From an uncultured Clostridia bacterium (GTDB taxonomy: Bacteria > Bacillota > Clostridia > TANB77 > CAG-465): a stretch of 64,000 nucleotides of DNA. The translations under genes and the position numbers were made by a program. Under the pieces are notes generated by a model, which worked only from the letters and a program-made list of their open reading frames with translations, was not told the DNA's origin and ran no database searches. Position 1 is the stretch's first letter, and each line of letters opens with the position of its first letter. This document shows positions 64,000-64,000 of this stretch, in pieces. The stretch spans positions 8,188 through 72,187 of the forward strand of contig CANQYI010000004.1 of the NCBI GenBank assembly GCA_947628005.1, in the 5' to 3' direction.

Positions 64000-64000
64000 A

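Overview
AT-rich chromosomal segment. Hand counts on sample 60-nt lines in native genes give about 17-32% G+C. It looks like a low-GC Gram-positive anaerobe, Clostridia-like, because it carries RNase J, a T-box leader, a PASTA-domain PBP, DivIB/DUF881/Sbp, YqzL, a four-subunit 2-oxoacid:ferredoxin oxidoreductase and a GGGtGRT protein. Nearly all genes are on the + strand. In order, the window holds: the tail of an S1-domain gene; a replication-relaxation-like wHTH gene; the glycolytic operon gap-pgk-tpiA-gpmI-eno with two extra lineage-specific ORFs embedded in it; a compositionally foreign HTH gene; rnj and gltX; an alkaline-phosphatase-family gene; a class I Fic toxin with a small TTG-start VbhA-like antitoxin that is missing from the ORF track; an L,D-transpeptidase; a T-box(Ile)-ileS unit; a frameshifted nifS/iscS-type cysteine desulfurase; a dcw cluster (mraZ with its GTGG-box operator, rsmH, ftsL, PBP, murE, mraY, ftsW, murG, divIB, DUF881, sbp) that lacks murF, murD, ftsA and ftsZ; a NifU-like/DNPH1-like/GGGtGRT operon of unknown function; era-yqzL-recO; an O-antigen-ligase-like membrane protein cluster; secG-rnr; trmB; tRNA-His and tRNA-Gln; a three-gene accessory island; smc; the oxidoreductase operon; comEC; and a partial Clp/Hsp100 ATPase gene. 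The accessory island comprises a Fic-wHTH protein with a degenerate motif, a 1413-aa pilin-like Ig-repeat surface protein, and an acidic protein that reads like a dead PLD domain fused to a B3-like DNA-binding barrel. I found no rRNA, CRISPR array, IS element or integrase. The tRNA-adjacent island at about 45.1-52.2 kb is my best candidate for something undescribed, followed by the NifU-like/DNPH1-like/GGGtGRT operon. All functional calls come from reading motifs by eye, and no database search was run.
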